Below the pieces are notes generated by a model. It saw only the letters and a list, made by a program, of their open reading frames with translations, had not been told where the DNA came from and made no database searches. This document shows, one piece after another, positions 11,014-20,751 of a stretch of 64,000 bases of DNA. Each line of letters opens with the position of its first letter. Within the stretch, counting starts at the first letter, position 1. Source of the DNA: Gemmatales bacterium (GTDB lineage: Bacteria > Planctomycetota > Planctomycetia > Gemmatales > HRBIN36); the NCBI GenBank assembly GCA_041640595.1, contig JBEPZY010000003.1, positions 593,311 through 657,310 of the forward strand, in the 5' to 3' direction. Position numbers and translations under genes: made by a program.

Positions 11014-11229
11014 TCACGGTGAAGGAGAAGGCGAGGGAGCGGGAGACGGCGGACCAAATCCGCCTTCGCTAATCACTCGCTGGAATCCCGAAAGAGTGGG
11101 ATTGCCGATACTGGCAATGGCACTGAAGCAGACCAGAATGATGAGCGCCAGCAGAATGGCGTACTCGATACTGGTTGTCCCATCTTCAGTTGACCGCCAC
11201 TTCCGTAAGCAGCGGACGAGTCGCGCCAT
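11014..11229 (-). CDS. flp: Second Flp family pilin with a Pro/Ser tail
   Basis: EDG|TTSIEYAILLALIILV motif. Confidence 0.85.
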   Translation of the reverse strand: MARLVRCLRKWRSTEDGTTSIEYAILLALIILVCFSAIASIGNPTLSGFQRVISEGGFGPPSPAPSPSPSP

Positions 11230-11597
11230 GCCAGGTTGCCTTTCGTGAATTGGACGGTTTTGTCGAGGCGATCCATTACGGGGAGTTTGGCGGTCAGCGG
11301 GGAGAAACTGCCCTTCCTGGTGCGAGGGGAGACAAACAACCGATAACCCGAAGCCTTCCAGCCACCGACTTTGTGGCCGGTGGTCCTGACGCCTCTGAGG
11401 GGATTTTTGTCTGGTCGAAAATTTTTGTCACCGATGCGGTTGGCGTCTGCTCGCTCGTCGGAAAGTTAGCTTACGTTTACACGCCTGTCAAATTCGGAAA
11501 ACTCATTTTTATCGCGGTCTTTGTTCGGCTGGGAATATTGCAACTGAACCGGGAATTTCCCACAATGATTGCAACCGGTATCACAGGAGGAATGGTT

Positions 11598-12464
11598 ATG
11601 CGGACGCGCTGGCAGCTAGCGGCAGTGCAAATGGCGGTTACTTTCGGCGACAAGCTCGCCAACCTGAACCGTCTGCGGCAGTCGATCCGCGAGGCCGCGG
11701 AACATGGGGCACAGCTGGTCATTTTCCCCGAGTGTAGTTTGACCGGCTACGCTTTTGAAAACAAAGCTGCCGCACTGGAGGTGGCCGAGCCGATTCCCGG
11801 ACCCAGTACGGTCGAGTTATCGCTTTTATGTCGGGAACATCAGCTTTACGTGATTTACGGCTTGCTGGAGCGCGACGGCGATCGCTTTTATAACAGCTGC
11901 GTGCTGCTGGGCCCGGAAGGAGTGGTCGCAACGTATCGGAAAATCCATCTGCCCTATATCGGAGCCGACCGATTCGCCACGCCCGGCGATCGGCCCTTTG
12001 CAGTGCATGAGCTTCCCGGTTTGCGGTTGGGGATGCACATCTGCTACGATGGCAGTTTTCCGGAATCGGCACGAGTAATGGCACTTCTGGGAGCGGATTT
12101 GGTCGTTTTACCGACCAACTGGCCGCACACCTCCATGTGCACGGCTCAATGCGTGCCGATCTGTCGGGCGATGGAAAACCACGTTTACTTCGTCGCCGTC
12201 AACCGTGTCGGCGAGGAAGAAGGCTTTCGCTTCATCGGCCACAGTCGCATCGTGAGTCCGACAGGGGATACGCTGGCGTTAGCCGATCACGACCGCGAAA
12301 CCATTCTCTACGCCGAGATCGAACCGAAACTCGCCCGCCAGAAACACCGTGTCCTGATTCCCGGCAAACACGAAATCAATCGCATCGCCGACCGCCGGCC
12401 GGAATTTTATTCCGTGATTACCCAGAAAGGTCTTCCACACCATGACGCCGCAGCTCATCGTTAG
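11598..12464 (+). CDS. Carbon-nitrogen hydrolase (nitrilase superfamily)
   Basis: FPE, YRKIHL and ICYD Glu-Lys-Cys triad; AGGAGG RBS. Confidence 0.93.
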   Translation: MRTRWQLAAVQMAVTFGDKLANLNRLRQSIREAAEHGAQLVIFPECSLTGYAFENKAAALEVAEPIPGPSTVELSLLCREHQLYVIYGLLERDGDRFYNSCVLLGPEGVVATYRKIHLPYIGADRFATPGDRPFAVHELPGLRLGMHICYDGSFPESARVMALLGADLVVLPTNWPHTSMCTAQCVPICRAMENHVYFVAVNRVGEEEGFRFIGHSRIVSPTGDTLALADHDRETILYAEIEPKLARQKHRVLIPGKHEINRIADRRPEFYSVITQKGLPHHDAAAHR

Positions 12465-12648
12465 CGGCTTTTTTGCGCTGATATGGTTAGCCTTGGGAAT
12501 TTATCTGCTGTGGCTTTACCACGGCCCGGAGCAAATCTGGCGTCTGGATACGCGGTTGATGGGAGTAGTATCATTGCTGCTGGCGGCGTGGAATCTCGTG
12601 CGGCTGACCATGGAATGGCAACGCCTGCGCAGGAATCGCTCACCATGA
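12442..12648 (+). CDS. Small two-TM membrane protein
   Basis: Two hydrophobic helices; ATGA-coupled to tsaB. Confidence 0.6.
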   Translation: MTPQLIVSGFFALIWLALGIYLLWLYHGPEQIWRLDTRLMGVVSLLLAAWNLVRLTMEWQRLRRNRSP

Positions 12649-13352
12649 CGCCCGCACCGAATCCGCGACTATTACTCCTGGAAACTTCAGGGCAGCCGGG
12701 ACAGGTCGGTCTCGCTCAGGGAAAAGTGCTCCTGGCCTCCGCAAGCCTGCCCATCGCCCGTCGGCATGCCCGCGACCTGGCCCCGACCGTTCAGCAACTC
12801 TTGCGGGAACAAGGCTGGCGTCCCGGTGATCTTCAAGCCGTCGCTGTTGGTCGCGGACCGGGAAGTTACACCGGTCTGCGAGTGGGCATCATTTCTGCCA
12901 AAGCGCTGGCCTATGCCCTGCAGATTCCCATCCTGGCCGTGGACACCTTTGCTATTCTGGCGTTGCAAGCCGGCCCGGGCCCCGAACTGCATGTCCTAGA
13001 AGACGCCCAGCAAAATAAGGTTTACGCGCAGGTCTTTCGCTTCGAGCCAGGCCAATCACGCCCCGAACCGATTAGCTCGTTGACCATTCAGCCATTCGCC
13101 GCCTGGTCTTCCACGGTGCCAGCAGGGGCACGAGTAACTGGCCCGGCTCTGGAAACGTTTGCCTCCGCACTGCCCGCTCACGTTACACCGCTGTTGCCAA
13201 CGCTGTGGCATCCACAATTGTCAGCCATGCTGTCGCTGGTGCTCGATTTGTGGTCGCGGCAGGAAACCGCGGACTTGTGGAAACTCGAGCCGCTCTATCT
13301 GCGTCCCAGCGAAGCCGAGGAAGCCTGGGAAAGCCGGCGTCCGCGAAGCTAA
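12645..13352 (+). CDS. tsaB: tRNA threonylcarbamoyladenosine biosynthesis protein TsaB
   Basis: LLLETS, GPGSYTGLRVG and LEPLYLR motifs. Confidence 0.93.
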   Translation: MTPAPNPRLLLLETSGQPGQVGLAQGKVLLASASLPIARRHARDLAPTVQQLLREQGWRPGDLQAVAVGRGPGSYTGLRVGIISAKALAYALQIPILAVDTFAILALQAGPGPELHVLEDAQQNKVYAQVFRFEPGQSRPEPISSLTIQPFAAWSSTVPAGARVTGPALETFASALPAHVTPLLPTLWHPQLSAMLSLVLDLWSRQETADLWKLEPLYLRPSEAEEAWESRRPRS

Positions 13353-13557
13353 CGCTGGCTTCAGGTTTTCTCGACGCCAGAACTGATCCGCATGGTTTTC
13401 CCGCCCAACGGTACATCCCGATTTGCTTCGACCGGAACGCCTCGCACTTATAGACGCCACACGAACTTCCAGCAGCGGCTGACATAAACAAGCCATGCAA
13501 ACACCAACGCAACTCCAGAAACGAACCGCCACCTGCAACAACTACCGCACGCCCAAC

Positions 13558-14042
13558 CAAGAGCGGCTGGCGTGGACCAGCCGTGGGACGCACGTGTTCC
13601 ACTCGGAGAAAAACGTCCGCGACTGCGGGTACGTTTGCGAACCACCGCGGGCTGACGCCCGCTGCTCTTGCACGGCCGTCACGTGGTCGCGTAAAGTGCA
13701 CGATTTTCGCCGCGCAGCGTTGGTTTCACCAAACCACGGCGGGCTGACGCCCGCCGCTCTTGGTCGAACGTGCGCTCGTGCACCGCAAAATCGTCGTTCT
13801 TCCGGTGGATGGCCGTTGTACCAGCGCCAAGAGCGGGGGGCGTAAGCCCCCCGTGGGAAAAGTATCGCTCTCGTCGGCGAGAATCGCCCATCTGCAACGG
13901 CGTCTGCACGTGCGACCAAGAGCGGGGGCGTAAGCTCCCCGTGGAGTGCATTCGGCGTGCGAACTCGCAATGCGGAAATGCAGCGCATTACACTTGCCGA
14001 CGCGGTTTGTCACCTACGGCGGGCTGACGCCCGCCGCTCTTG
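13558..14042. repeat. REP/BIME-like array 1 (6 hairpin nodes)
   Basis: Copies of CCACGG-N5-TNAC-N5'-CCGCTC in both orientations between convergent genes. Confidence 0.85.
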
Positions 14043-14049
14043 GAAGGCA

Positions 14050-16386
14050 TTACCAGTAGCGGGCCAGCAAATCACCCACCAATCCCACCAGCCTAGCCAC
14101 GGTGAGCACCAGCATCGTGGCCGTCCAGCCAACAGTAAGGATTTGCACCAGCCAATCACTCACACGCTCCCACCAATGGCGGTTGAAAAGCTCCCCCAGC
14201 CCGGTCTGGCCAGTGATCGGTGTGAGCGTTTCCGCGGTCGCAACTTCTCCGGCAGAGCTGGCCCGCATACGGACAGATTCGGGAGGACTATCAGCGTCAC
14301 TCCGGTGTTTCGCCTCATGCTCAGGAAGCTCGGCAGTCAGTTTTGTTCGCGGCGAAGCGTATCGGATTGTCAACGGCAACCAGACCCACGCCAGTAAACA
14401 CGGAAATAAATACCGCACCTGCATGCCGTAAATGAAGGGATACCGGGGCGGCGTAACCGCCAGGTACATGGTCAGCGCGGTCAGCACCCACGTGCCAGCA
14501 AACAGCAGCAAACCGATAACCATGACCACGACCAGTTGCAGCATCGCTTGCCGGTTCAGCCAGCTTGGGGCAAGCAAGAATGCCCGCAGCAGATCCACGG
14601 TTATCGCCGTAGCGACCAGTCCCCGCAACACGCCCAGATGATACGGGTGGAAATAGGTATCCACCCAACCGAGCGGCATGCACCATCTGTCGAAATGCAG
14701 GGGAATGTCCAGGGCTGTGGCTAGCGGCTGCTGCAGAAAATAACGCCAGCCGCCTTCCTGAATCAGAAACTCCAGCTGCTGGCGAAACTGGTCGGCCACG
14801 GGCAGTTCGTGCATCGCCCGGTAGGCCCGCCAGATTACCAGCACCAATAGTCCGGTCAAAACCAGCACAACCAATCCACCAATGCTCAGCACCAACTCCG
14901 GTCGCCAGCGCCGCCAGAAAGTCGCCCACAGCGGCAGCAAAAACAGACTCACGTAGATGGGCGGTTTCGCCAGAAAGGCCAGCAGAGCCATCAGCCACAA
15001 CGCTGCATAGCAGGCCAGCCAGTTTCGGCCATTTGCCGCTCCTTCATCCTGCCGACGCAGGGCCAGAAAAGTTAGTCCTGCCGACATGGCCGCCAGGTTG
15101 GCCAGCGTATCCGTACTGATGACCGTGCATTGCTGCTGCACATACGGAATCGAGAAAACGGCGAGCACGAAAGCCGGCAAATGTTCCCGACGCCAGAACC
15201 AGTACAGCAACGCCAAGATAATCAGCACCGGCAACAACCGGCACAAATAGTAAAAGACCAGCGCCTCGTTCACCGTCTCCACACGCGGGAAGCACCACGC
15301 TACCACCGCCACCATCGGGTAGGAGTGATACCAGGCGTAATTGACAAATTTCCGCTCGGTGATGGGCGTAATGTCCGCTCCCGTGGCACGGAACAGCGTC
15401 GGGGAAACTGCAGTTTCTGCCCGCCAGCGAACGCGATCAAAGCCGGTGATTTCCGGAAGGTTATACAGCAGCTTTTCCTCCACAGCATGACGCCGATAAC
15501 GAAGCAATGCGTCGCGCCAGTGGTCCTGCTCATCCGGGCCCTGAAACGGTGGTAGCCCGAAAACGGTAATGAGGAAACTGGCAGCGACAACCACCAGCCC
15601 GAATCCTTCCAGCATTTTCGTATGGATCACTCCGGGCCACAGCAGCATCGCCGCCAGTCCCGCACAGGTACAAGCCAGAATCAGCCCGGTCAGTCGCCAG
15701 GCACGCTGTTGCCACGCAGAAGCCGTCCACTTACCAGCATCGCCGGTGACCACTGCCTGCCAGCCGCCTATTCGCAACCGACAGAACTTCGGCAAGGCGA
15801 TCCGCACCTTCCTGGCCGGTTCTGGAAACCGCCAGATCACTCGCAGACCATCCTGCCACGTTTCCACTTCGCCACGCATCCGGTGCACATTAAGGAACGC
15901 ATCCAGACTCAAACAGAAGGCTTCCTGATCCGCATCGCTCACCGTCACCGGCACCCAGGCGAGTTTCCATTCCGGTACACAGGTACTGCCCGGTTCCAGA
16001 TACAATCGCAACTCTAGCATACCCCCAGCTACGGGACCAAACTCGAAGCTGCCGGCAGACTCTACGGTGCTGAGAACACGCTCGAAATCCTGGACGCCAA
16101 CGAAACGCCCCAGCGGAGCCTCCAACGGCGACCATTCCTTCAGGTAAAGAGCCAGACTATTCGACCCATCCGTGCCACGAGCCGTCGCGCTTGCATCCCC
16201 GGCGAAACGCTCGTGCACCCTCGGCACAATCAGCCCCAGAACCAATACAGCTGCAGCGGCAAGCACACGTGCTCGCCTGACCTGAATCCCAGTCATCCCG
16301 CAATCGCTCGTCGTCATTGCTTCGCCCACTTGCATACCCATACTATACCCCAACACCAGCCTGGCTAACCCTCTGACACTCAGCAT
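14050..16386 (-). CDS. DUF2142-like polytopic membrane protein (possible GT-C-type glycosyltransferase)
   Basis: PPFQGPDEQDHW motif, many TM helices, GMQVRYLFP; start codon uncertain. Confidence 0.75.
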   Translation of the reverse strand: MLSVRGLARLVLGYSMGMQVGEAMTTSDCGMTGIQVRRARVLAAAAVLVLGLIVPRVHERFAGDASATARGTDGSNSLALYLKEWSPLEAPLGRFVGVQDFERVLSTVESAGSFEFGPVAGGMLELRLYLEPGSTCVPEWKLAWVPVTVSDADQEAFCLSLDAFLNVHRMRGEVETWQDGLRVIWRFPEPARKVRIALPKFCRLRIGGWQAVVTGDAGKWTASAWQQRAWRLTGLILACTCAGLAAMLLWPGVIHTKMLEGFGLVVVAASFLITVFGLPPFQGPDEQDHWRDALLRYRRHAVEEKLLYNLPEITGFDRVRWRAETAVSPTLFRATGADITPITERKFVNYAWYHSYPMVAVVAWCFPRVETVNEALVFYYLCRLLPVLIILALLYWFWRREHLPAFVLAVFSIPYVQQQCTVISTDTLANLAAMSAGLTFLALRRQDEGAANGRNWLACYAALWLMALLAFLAKPPIYVSLFLLPLWATFWRRWRPELVLSIGGLVVLVLTGLLVLVIWRAYRAMHELPVADQFRQQLEFLIQEGGWRYFLQQPLATALDIPLHFDRWCMPLGWVDTYFHPYHLGVLRGLVATAITVDLLRAFLLAPSWLNRQAMLQLVVVMVIGLLLFAGTWVLTALTMYLAVTPPRYPFIYGMQVRYLFPCLLAWVWLPLTIRYASPRTKLTAELPEHEAKHRSDADSPPESVRMRASSAGEVATAETLTPITGQTGLGELFNRHWWERVSDWLVQILTVGWTATMLVLTVARLVGLVGDLLARYW

Positions 16387-17690
16387 TCTGTTTCATTCAT
16401 TGCTTATCCATACGCGTGCCCTGCCCACCCATACGGGCGGTACTCGTCTATCTGGCAGCCGGCATTTTGACTCATTGCTTACCCATACTGTACCCCGATA
16501 CCAACCCCTAGCCAGGAGGCCCAACCCCATCCACAATCTGCCCAACGAACACTTGCACGTCTCCAACCGCGCTTATTACCAGCCAGTTCCAGGCCAACAC
16601 GCACAGCTTTAAACTGCATCAGCGGTTGACCGTTATCATGCGGTTTAGTCGCATTCAACAGCCGTTACCTTTGACCTATTCCCAGCTTTCACGGAGGGAC
16701 CCCCCGCATCTACGGTCTTGGAATCATCCTGGTTACGTCGGCCGGCTTGTTATTCGGGGGCTTATCGAGCACGGAGAACCCGCGAGTGGGTGTCCCTGAC
16801 TTGGTGCAAGCAGACGTTTTTTGGGGGACAGTGCAAGCACGGAGAGAGAGTTGCCATGCGATACTCGCCAAGTTTGTGCCCAGTTTTTCGGGCACAGAGG
16901 GAGCACGGAGAGCCCGCCCAACTTACTTCGGGGGCTTGGAAAAGCTCCAGCTGGAACTGGGTCCGGTCTCCGTGGTAACCACGGAAAACCCGTCCGAGTT
17001 GCTTCGAGGCCCGCAAGGGGCTCGTTCATCGCCAGCACGCGGTTGGCTCCAATCGGCTGGGCCGAACGCCGCAACGTCGTGAGCGTGCGGTGTTCGAGGC
17101 TGAAAAAACGGGACTGTTCGTAAGCGGTTTTCCAGCCTGTGTTGGAAAATCGCCCGCGCCGAGCAAAGCTGGCGATGAGCCAGCACCCGCCACTGCCAAA
17201 ACTGGGCATAAGTCAGACCGAATACCGCTGGCGGTACATAGTCGGGATGGTCGAGTGCGAGTTATTAAGTCTTGAACTATTAGGAGCAAAACCAGAATCC
17301 GCTGGCGGTGCGTAGTTGGATGCTCGAGCGCTAGGCCGCTGGCGTTCCTGAATGATGGCCGGCTGAAACCGACGCCCAGCATATACCGTTCGCGTCGGCA
17401 TGTGGAACTTTATAGGTGCGTTGAATCGTACCCCTACATCGCAGTGGATGGCCCGGCGAAAAAATAGAGCCTGCCAGCCAAGCTCCGTACTCAGCAACGA
17501 CACAAATATGCCTATCTGGCCGGCGGAAGCGTTAAGCCTGCCACCCAAACCTCCACCCACGTTCAGCCACAATTGCGAGCCAGATACAAGCGGACGTTGA
17601 ACCATGAAGCGGCACTGCCGATGATGGCTTACGCCATTCGCCGCATATTTTTCACTCCACTCACGTTTTCGACATCAAGCCTGCTTCTTC

Positions 17691-18608
17691 TCAGCGGTCG
17701 GTGAAAGGGATGAATTTGGCGCGATCGCGGACGAGCGGGTGTTCGTCTGCGTGTAACTGCTTGACAAGTTCCGGCGTCCGCAGGAAGGGATATTTCAATA
17801 GCACATGCACCACATACCGCCGCGAATACCACGCCCCATCGTTAGCCAGCCGTTGCAAGTGATCCCGAGTCAGCTTGATCTCAGCAAACTGCCTATGTCC
17901 ACGCTGCATTCGCCACGCTGTCGTCTCAACCAGGTGGTTGGTCAATTCGACTTCCTGTAACGTGAAACGGGTTGAACAGGAATTATATACCGCCCATTCA
18001 TGTCTCCTAAATTCTTCCCAGGCTTCGCATGGGAGTTCCTCAAACAGGTATTCGATGAGCTCTCTTGGCACATCTTTTTTGTACTCCTGCAAAACCTGAC
18101 CGTAGGTTCTTCTTTTCCACTCCTTCGGAACATCTAGCTGATAAGGGCATTCAGCAACACTATCTACAAGGCGAAGCAGATAGTGAGCCGTGATTGCCAC
18201 AGACCTTCTCTCGTCCGGCTCCTCCGGGTCTCTCCACTTTTCCAGACTCCCATCAGGATAGCATGACAGATACTTCACCAGCTCGCTCCGCGCGTCGTCG
18301 TGATGGCCTAAAAGGAGCAAATGAACACCTTTGGCCTGCAGTTCTATAAAGGGAACCTTGTCGTGTGTTAGTAGGACCAGAACAGCCTGGATAAACTCCG
18401 CAGGACTGTCCAGGTAGACCTCGTTCAGAGTCCGAACGGGCACAGTGTCCTTCCCTGACATGACTTTATATGACTTTGTCTTCCGAACTTGTTCAACATT
18501 AAGTTTTGGCCGGTCTTGAGCCGAAGCTATGAGGAACCAGCCTAAACTCAACGAGCCTACGAACGCAAGCAGGAAATGCGGGAAATTTAGATGTGGGCCC
18601 CTGCACAT
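17691..18608 (-). CDS. Exported hypothetical protein, candidate immunity/partner of the hydrolase cassette
   Basis: GGAGG RBS; signal peptide ending ASA|QD; starts 32 nt after the cassette 2 stop; HEAT-like C-terminal motif. Confidence 0.75.
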   Translation of the reverse strand: MCRGPHLNFPHFLLAFVGSLSLGWFLIASAQDRPKLNVEQVRKTKSYKVMSGKDTVPVRTLNEVYLDSPAEFIQAVLVLLTHDKVPFIELQAKGVHLLLLGHHDDARSELVKYLSCYPDGSLEKWRDPEEPDERRSVAITAHYLLRLVDSVAECPYQLDVPKEWKRRTYGQVLQEYKKDVPRELIEYLFEELPCEAWEEFRRHEWAVYNSCSTRFTLQEVELTNHLVETTAWRMQRGHRQFAEIKLTRDHLQRLANDGAWYSRRYVVHVLLKYPFLRTPELVKQLHADEHPLVRDRAKFIPFTDR

Positions 18609-18639
18609 AAGTGTTCCTCCTGTTAGTCAGAAGCCAAAC

Positions 18640-20499
18640 CTAGCGCATATTCACACGCCCTAGAAAGCGGTTCCGAAGCTCCTCCTGAACAAATTGATCA
18701 TCATCAATCGCTCTGTGGTCTAATTGTTGGCCAGGATTGATCTGCGGGGCGTTTACATTGCGATCGACATTGCTACCGGGAACCGGCGCTCCTTGGGGTC
18801 CCCCCAATTGCTGATAGTAATTGGCATGAAACTGAGTCCGCCGAGGCAGATTGGTTTCCGCTCTCGGAGGAACGGACCCATGTTCGATGGCATCCACATA
18901 AGCAGTAAACGGAACCACGAAGTGGCGCTGGAATGGATTTTGTGGGTTGGCGAGGTCCTGGTCAATCCGTGCCAGAAGGTTGCGGGTCGCTCCGCCGCCG
19001 TAACTGAAACCCATCACTACTAAATTGTTGATATTGTGGCGATTTACCGCGCGTAGCGCCCAGTCATAAGCCAGCCCTGTACCGGCTTGGTCCCCTCCAC
19101 GCTGCTCGTTTTCACCAAACAGGTGCACGTCATAGCCATCCTCAGCATATAGCCGCTGCCTGGCAAAATTGAACAAACCGTTCCCTCTCTGATTCGTCAT
19201 CGGATCAGGATTTTGTGTGAAGCCGCCAATTACGATGACCGTGGTTTGGAAGCGATAGAACGTCAGGCTGTCGGACTGGCCCACCACCTGTCCGTTGGCA
19301 TTCCGTGCCTCGAAAGTCAACACCGCATTCACCGGCTGCTGCTGATCCCCTATCCATTCCACCCACAAGGTCGCCGTTCCCCCTTGCCCAAAATTGACCT
19401 TCACCTCATTAAGATTATTACCAAACAAACCGTTCCCGGGTTTCGCCGGCCCCGTCCAGACCTGCAGCACACCGGCACTCCGTTTCAAGTAATAGTCGAT
19501 TCCCGCCGGTGGTTGTTGCACGCCAAACTGCAAGTCTATCCGCACCAGGTCATCCTCACCCGCCACCCCGTTGTTGTCGCGATAATCAGCCATCCCATCA
19601 TTATCATCGTCATCGCCATTGAAGCGAATCCCCACGCCGGGATTATCCTCTTGATTGGCCGGTACCGGCGGCACCTGCTGCTCCTGCCGAGCTGCGTTCG
19701 GTGGCATAAACCGGTTGTACGGCCGATAGCCTGTCAGGTCTAATACTAAATTCTGAGGTGGCGGTTGCTGATTCGGCTTTACTTGCACCTGTACCTGAGC
19801 CACCGCAGAAGTGGCTCTACCATCGCTAACCTGGTAATAGAATTCATCCTCACCAGTGTATCCCGCTGCTGGAGTATAGACGAGCAATCCACCCAGGTCA
19901 ACCATCTCACCATGCCGCGGCCCAGTTATGATTGTGTAGCTCAGAAGATCACCATCCGGATCATACGCTGCCCAGGCATACTCTGAACCGAGTGCCGGTT
20001 CAGCCATGATGCTCAGACTAAACATCACGAGGGTATCCTCAACCGTCTCGATAGACATATCTACCGCCACCGGGGCCCGATTCGAAATCTCGATGGTGAC
20101 GCTCGCTATTTCACTAGCCGAGATACCATCCGACCAGTAATAAGTAAAGGTTTCCGCACCGACAAATCCTTCCGGCGGGATATAAGAGAAAGTTCCGTCT
20201 AATCCTAAGTACACCGAGCCCACGCCTGGTTCCGAATTCAAGAACGCATAAATCGGATCACCATCCGGATCATAACCATCCAGTTGGCCACTGACCAGCT
20301 GATTCCGATAAGTATGAACAACTGCTTGGTAAGCCACCGGTGCGCTGTTATACACATCTATCGAAACCGTCACCGTGTTGCCGGTGGTCAAGCCGTCCGA
20401 CCAGGTGTAGGTGGAACTGTCGGCGCCGATGTAGTTCGTGTTCGGTGTGTACGTAAAGGTGCCGTCGGGATGGAATGTTAGTTTACCGTTGGTCGGGCC
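18640..20499 (-). CDS. Orphan cassette 2: tandem Ig/cadherin-like repeats plus C-terminal alpha/beta-hydrolase; no credible own start
   Basis: YDPDGD/GTFSY/FTY repeats; GFSYGGG nucleophile elbow, YVD and DH residues; the frame stays open upstream of TTG 20391 to about 20499 (GPTNGKLTFHPDGTFTYTP). Confidence 0.75.
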   Translation of the reverse strand, partial: GPTNGKLTFHPDGTFTYTPNTNYIGADSSTYTWSDGLTTGNTVTVSIDVYNSAPVAYQAVVHTYRNQLVSGQLDGYDPDGDPIYAFLNSEPGVGSVYLGLDGTFSYIPPEGFVGAETFTYYWSDGISASEIASVTIEISNRAPVAVDMSIETVEDTLVMFSLSIMAEPALGSEYAWAAYDPDGDLLSYTIITGPRHGEMVDLGGLLVYTPAAGYTGEDEFYYQVSDGRATSAVAQVQVQVKPNQQPPPQNLVLDLTGYRPYNRFMPPNAARQEQQVPPVPANQEDNPGVGIRFNGDDDDNDGMADYRDNNGVAGEDDLVRIDLQFGVQQPPAGIDYYLKRSAGVLQVWTGPAKPGNGLFGNNLNEVKVNFGQGGTATLWVEWIGDQQQPVNAVLTFEARNANGQVVGQSDSLTFYRFQTTVIVIGGFTQNPDPMTNQRGNGLFNFARQRLYAEDGYDVHLFGENEQRGGDQAGTGLAYDWALRAVNRHNINNLVVMGFSYGGGATRNLLARIDQDLANPQNPFQRHFVVPFTAYVDAIEHGSVPPRAETNLPRRTQFHANYYQQLGGPQGAPVPGSNVDRNVNAPQINPGQQLDHRAIDDDQFVQEELRNRFLGRVNMR

Positions 20500-20518
20500 C
20501 GTTGGTGGGGCCGGAGGC

Positions 20519-20593
20519 TGATTACGCCGAGAAAACGCCGGGGCTTGAAAGCATTGGCACGGTAATAGCGTCGCCGTCGGGATCGTTGCCGTA
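20519..20593 (-). repeat. Junction repeat copy 2 (33 nt of Ig-repeat coding sequence plus the 42-nt stop-containing element)
   Basis: 70/75 nt identical to 23300-23374 by manual alignment. Confidence 0.9.
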
Positions 20594-20751
20594 TACGGAG
20601 ACGCTCAGTCCGTGATTAGTGGAGGCACAAAAAATGGGCTAAGGGAGTTAACTCTGCTTGGCCGATGCCGCAAAAAAAATCTGAGTGTTTCCTTGCCTTC
20701 TCAGTCCTGAGAGCGAATTGTTTATATAGTTGTTCGCTATAAGCGCGGTAA

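Noticed and set aside
17213..17605. 130-aa ORF as a third cassette
   Set aside because: No junction element, Ig repeat, RBS or recognisable motif.
20519..20560. 42-nt element as an integron attC, Xer dif site, group II intron or CRISPR repeat
   Set aside because: No RYYYAAC/GTTRRRY cores, no dif consensus, far too short for a group II intron, and only two copies 2.8 kb apart. No integrase, reverse transcriptase or cas gene is in the window.
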